Below are positions 58,681-64,000 of a stretch of 64,000 bases of DNA, piece by piece. Origin of the DNA: Phyllobates terribilis (Eukaryota); assembly GCF_046119375.1 (NCBI RefSeq), contig NW_027362764.1, forward strand, positions 163,246,001-163,310,000, written 5' to 3'. The position numbers and the translations under genes are program-made. Numbering within the stretch: the stretch's first letter is position 1; every line of letters begins with the position of its first letter. The notes below the pieces were generated by a model. It was not told the DNA's origin, did not search any database, and saw only the letters and a program-made list of their open reading frames with translations.

Positions 58681-61600
58681 TAGTGATGAGCGAGCACTAA
58701 AATGCTCGGGTACTCATTGCTCGGGTCGAGCAAATTGGAATACTTGGGTGCTCGACCCGAGCAACGAGCCCAATGTAAGTCTATGGGAAACTCGAGCATT
58801 TTTCAGGCGGCTCCCCCCGGCGGTCTGCAGAGGGCCTAAAAATTGCCCAAATCAATGGGAACAGTGCTCAAATGACATGGGAACAGCATGGGCAAGACCC
58901 CTGGAAGCATCTCTGACTCCCAGATCACTGCTGTCAGCAATGTGGTCAGAGTATTACACCACTTTTACGGACTCACAATAAAACATACAAAAACGAAACC
59001 AAAATGTATTTTCCTGGGAAATATGTTAAGGAACATCCTTTCCAGGGTAATGACTTGTATATAAGGCAAAATAAATAACCAAAAACAAAAATACTCCTCC
59101 ACAACTTGGGCTATGTTCACACGTAGCGTTTTTGATGCGTTTTTGCACTTTTGAATTGCTTTCAACCAAGACAAATGCATTCACCAGGAAATGTCATTTT
59201 AACATTTTACAACCTTATCTGGCCATGTGGTGTGTGACACATCATCAGACACTTGCATACAGTGCTGAAAAGACATGGGAACAGCATGGAGAAGACCTCT
59301 GGAAGCATCTCTGACTCCCAGGTCACTGCCTAAAAGTGTGCCCATCATAAGTGATCCTTGCCGCATGCGAAGATGCCTCCCGCCATGCACCTGTCATTGC
59401 AGACTTGCAACAATCACCATAAATGGCCTTTTCCCACTGCAGAGTTCAGTTGTCCCTACCCCATTCCTTGGAATGCAAGCGCAAGTATGCAGGCAGCCAG
59501 CCACCCACCCACAGGCTGCAATACTATACTGCCAAATTTTTGACAGCTGCTTGCACTTGAAATGTGGCCTTTTAGGCTCGTGGAGGCGGAAGCTTTTCAC
59601 AACCTCATGCCGGCGGCGGCCGGGTGTCCATACTCGGTCCCCAGCTGCCACTATATTTCCCAGTATCGCCTCCGCCTTCCACAAGCATGGGTCCCACAAC
59701 ATTACCCGTGCCCTTCCCAGTGCACTTACTGGGAAGGACCGTCTAACCACAAACACGTGGACAGGTGAATGTGGCCAATGACGGTATGGAGCCAGTCCAC
59801 AACTTTTTTTGCTAAGAGTTGTATTTAGCTCGGTGAAAGGACTGGCATAGGGGGAAACCGTATGTACCCTGCGTGTCATTTCTCCCAGGAAGTCCTGTAA
59901 TTGAGCTTGTTGCAGAAGCAATGGCAGCCCATCCAACATCAACTCGCACTTGTCGGTGGTGCTTTGACACAAACACACACATCTTTCTTTGCGCATTTAA
60001 TTTCTTGAATACAGAGTTGGACAATGGCCTGATCTGTAATGCATTTTGAGAAATAACATTCATAAGCATGGCCGATCCACATTAAAAAAAGTAGCCATAG
60101 AGTGTCCGGGAACCTTCCCCCACACTTTTCTTAGCCAGGGCTGCTTTTCGGCAGGGTTGGACGGGCCAATCAGAGAACCGGAGACTCCTCCGGCGGCCCC
60201 TGGCTTCTCCTTCAGGAGAGTTCATAGCGCCGAGGTGAGGCCATGATGATGATAGAGGCCACCATCTGCTTAGTTTTCTGTTACTTGGAATGCAAGTGTA
60301 AGTATGCAGCCAGCCACCCACCCACAGGCCGCAACACTAAACTGCCAGATTTCTGGGCAGCTCTTTGCACTTGAAATATGGCCTTTTAAGCTCGTGGAGG
60401 CGGAAGCTTTTCACAACCTCATGCTGGCGGCGGCCGGGTGTCCATACTCGGTCCCCAGCCGCCACTATATTTCCCAGTATCGCCTCCGCCTTCCACAAGC
60501 ACGGGTCCCACAACATTACCCGTGCCCTCCCCAGTGCACTTACTGGGAAGGACCATCTAACCACAAACATGTGGACAGGTGAATGTGGCCAATGACGGTA
60601 TGGAGCCAGTCCACAACTTTTTTTGCTAAGAGTTGTATTTAGCTCGGTGAAAGGACTGGCATAGGGGGAAACCGTATGTACCCTGCGTGTCATTTCTCCC
60701 AGGAAGTCCTGTAATTGAGCTTGTTGCAGAAGCAATGGCAGCCCATCCAACATCAACTCGCACTTGTCGGTGGTGCTTTGACACAAACACACACATCTTT
60801 CTTTGCGCATTTAATTTCTTGAATACAGAGTTGGACAATGGCCTGATCTGTAATGCATTTTGAGAAATAACATTCATAAGCATGGCCGATCCACATTAAA
60901 AAAGTAGCCATAGAGTGTCCGGGAACCTTCCCCCATACTTTTCTTAGCCAGGGCTGCTTTTCGGCAGGGTTGTACGGGCCCACCAGAGAACCGGAGACTC
61001 CTCCGGAGAGCCCTGGCTTCTCCTTCAGGAGAGTTCATGGTGCCGAGGTGAGGCCATGATGATGATAGAGGCCACCATCTGCTTAGTTTTCTGTTACTTG
61101 GAATGCAAGTGTAAGTATGCAGCCAGCCACCCACCCACAGGCCGCAACACTAAACTGCCAGATTTCTGGGCAGCTCTTTGCACTTGAAATATGGCCTTTT
61201 AAGCTCGTGGAGGCGGAAGCTTTTCACAACCTCATGCTGGCGGCGGCCGGGTGTCCATACTCGGTCCCCAGCCGCCACTATATTTCCCAGTATCGCCTCC
61301 GCCTTCCACAAGCACGGGTCCCACAACATTACCCGTGTCCTCCCCAGTGCACTTACTGGGAAGGACCATCTAACCACAAACATGTGGACAGGTGAATGTG
61401 GCCAATGACGGTATGGAGCCAGTCCACAACTTTTTTTGCTAAGAGTTGTATTTAGCTCGGTGAAAGGACTGGCATAGGGGGAAACCGTATGTACCCTGCG
61501 TGTCATTTCTCCCAGGAAGTCCTGTAATTGAGCTTGTTGCAGAAGCAATGGCAGCCCATCCAACATCAACTCGCACTTGTCGGTGGTGCTTTGACACAAA

Positions 61601-64000
61601 CACACACATCTTTCTTTGCGCATTTAATTTCTTGAATACAGAGTTGGACAATGGCCTGATCTGTAATGCATTTTGAGAAATAACATTCATAAGCATGGCC
61701 GATCCACATTAAAAAAGTAGCCATAGAGTGTCCGGGAACCTTCCCCCATACTTTTCTTAGCCAGGGCTGCTTTTCGGCAGGGTTGTACGGGCCCACCAGA
61801 GAACCGGAGACTCCTCCGGAGAGCCCTGGCTTCTCCTTCAGGAGAGTTCATGGTGCCGAGGTGAGGCCATGATGATGATAGAGGCCACCATCTGCTTAGT
61901 TTTCTGTTACTGGGAATGCAAGCGCAAGTATGCCGCCAGCCAGCCACCCACTCACCCACAGGCCGCAACACTAAACTGCCAGATTTCTGGGCAGCTCTTT
62001 GCACTTGAAATATGGCCTTTTAAGCTCGTGAAGGCAGAAGCTTTTCACAACCTTACGCTGGCGGCGGCCGAGTGTCCATACTTAGTCCCCAGCTGCCACT
62101 ATATTTCCCGGTATCGTCTCCGCCTTCCACAAGCACGAGTCCCACAACATTACCCGTGCCCTCCCCAGTGCACTTACTGGGAAGGACCGCCTAACCACAA
62201 ACATGTGGACAGGTGAATGTGGCCAGGGACGGTACGGAGCCAGTCCACAACTTTTTTGGCTGAGAGTTGTATTTAGCTCGGTGAAAGGACTGGCATAGAG
62301 GGAAACCCTATCTACCCTGCGTGTCATTTCTCCCAGGAATTCCTCTAAAGCTGCTTGCACTTGAAATGTGGCCTGAACATTACTGCTGGTACTTTTCTGT
62401 GGGAATTTGCTTGCCTCCTACCAGCCCAGAATATTTCCAGCAAACTATGGTACGACACCATTGTATTAGCACCGCCCCCAGTACCAGTAGTGAAGCCATC
62501 CCCAATTTCCTTCTTAGGAATTTTATTTGGTAGAGTGGCTGCCCAAATACATTTTCTCACAAAGGAGCTGAAGATAGAGTGGCAGTAGGTGCAAGTTATG
62601 TTCTCCCCGTGTTTGCGTATGTTTCCTCTTTAGTAAAAAAGCAGCCATAGAGTGTCCGGGAACCTTCCCACACACTTTTCTTAGTCAGGACTGCTTCTTG
62701 GCAGGGTTGGACGGTCCCACCAGAGAATCCTCTGGTGTGCCTTGGCTTCTACCTCAGGAGAGTTCATGATAGCGCTAACTTTGCAGCTGCTATGGGGCTC
62801 TTGAGCGGGGGAGAAAGGTTTGCCCTCAGAATCAAATCCTCTGGTGGGCACAATGTTTTTCAATCTGAAACAGCTTCTCAGTGGGAGTTGTATTTCACCA
62901 CAGCCATATTCTTTAGCTCGTTGAAAGGACTGGCATAGAGGGAAACTGTACCTACCCCGGCTGTCATTTCTCCGTCACCAGGTTCCGCCCATTGTCACAC
63001 ACGACCATGCCTGGCTGTATGTTCAGCGGTGAGAGCCACAGATCAGGCTGCTTTGTTACAGCTTTCAACAACTCTGCAGCGCTGGGTGGTTTGTCAATTA
63101 AGCATTAAGCATGTTATCTTCAGCACAGCCTGTTGCCGCTTGGCCAAGGCAGTGCTGCAGTGCTGTCAGCTTGTGACTGATGTGATCATTTCGGAGATGG
63201 AGGAGGAGGTACATGAGCTGAACAATGTGATTACATTGAGGTTAAATTGCTGATGCTATTTTTTATACTAAAGAAATATCCTATTGTTTTGTTTTTTTTA
63301 CGTTATTTTTTAAGATAAATGCATTCACCGGGAAATGTCATTTTAACATTTTACAACCTTATCTGGCAATGTGGTGTGTTACACATCATCAGACACATCC
63401 TTTTTTATTTATTATGGAGGGACTCTGAAAGTCATAAAGCCTATTTTTACAGGGACATCAGACGGCCCTTACTATTCTTAAAAGGCCAGCAGTCGGCCGT
63501 AGCTATTGTTAGAGAGCCATCAGCTGGCTATGCTTTGTTGTTCTCATTATTAACAAGTGGGTCTCCTAAACTCTTATTGCTTATCCAGTGACTGCAAGGG
63601 CCGCCAAAAATTTGGACACAACCCAATACCCCTTTGTAGAGACATAGAGGAGGATCTAAGTAAAAAAAATGTTCCTGTTATAAAGGAGCGGGTCTCCTAT
63701 AGTGGTAATGCCCATGCTGTGACTGCAAGGGCTGCCAAAATTTGGGAAAAAGCCCACTAAGAATTTAAAGACATATAGAGCAGGGCCACAGTAACAAGGT
63801 ACGACATCTTCCCATTAGAAAGGAGAGGGTCTGCTATACAGTTATAGGGTATGCAGTGAGTCTAACGGCTGACCAATTTTAGGAAAAACCCCACTAAGAA
63901 TTTAAAGACACACAGAGCAGGGCCACAGTAACAAGTACGACATGTTCCCATTAGAAAGGAGAGGGTCTGCTATACAGTTATAGGGTATGCAGTGAGTCCA
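58681..64000 (-). mobile_element. Second copy of the 14110-30624 hAT family, inverted and internally rearranged; extends beyond the window
   Basis: 58681-59270 is the reverse complement of ~30060-30624 (TAGTGATGAGCGAGCAC..). Minus-strand transposase piece 62960-63230 matches 27140-27400. 63316-64000 repeats the subterminal arm. Confidence 0.9.
59470..62340. repeat. Tandem array of ~813-821-bp units (~3.5 copies) containing hAT transposase fragments
   Basis: ACAGGTGAATGTGGCC at 59761, 60575, 61388 and 62209. Each unit encodes LLALEMWPFRLVEAEAFHNLM..YSVPS.HY..HNITRAL..LTTNTWT on the plus strand. Confidence 0.93.

Overview
Eukaryotic, transposon-saturated DNA. The repeat repertoire (BED-finger hATs with TAGTG(A/T)TGAGCG ends, Tc1 DD34E and DD37E, piggyBac, Harbinger- and T2-type MITEs, chromoviral Gypsy, Copia, Penelope, L1, L2) points to an anuran (frog) genome; this is an inference. 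I found no host protein-coding gene, functional RNA gene or CRISPR array. Most of the window is nested insertions that can be delimited by target-site duplications (TSDs): a hAT element (to 8752) holding a DD37E Tc1, an L1 fragment split by a solo LTR and an 18S rDNA fragment; a 16.5-kb hAT (14110-30624) holding a young chromovirus and a gag-only element with long LTRs; a decayed chromovirus (33362-42794) holding a Penelope fragment with a hammerhead ribozyme, a palindromic MITE, a solo LTR and a piggyBac that itself holds two solo LTRs; a deleted Copia; and a rearranged hAT with an ~813-bp tandem array. The best candidate for an undescribed system is 47210-52001. It is a very young LTR element with a perfect tRNA-Ser primer-binding site (PBS) and no recognisable gag/pol. 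It carries one intact ORF ending in a cold-shock domain, preceded by an ~1-kb leader with no AUG. All alignments, counts and folds were done by eye; no database search was run.
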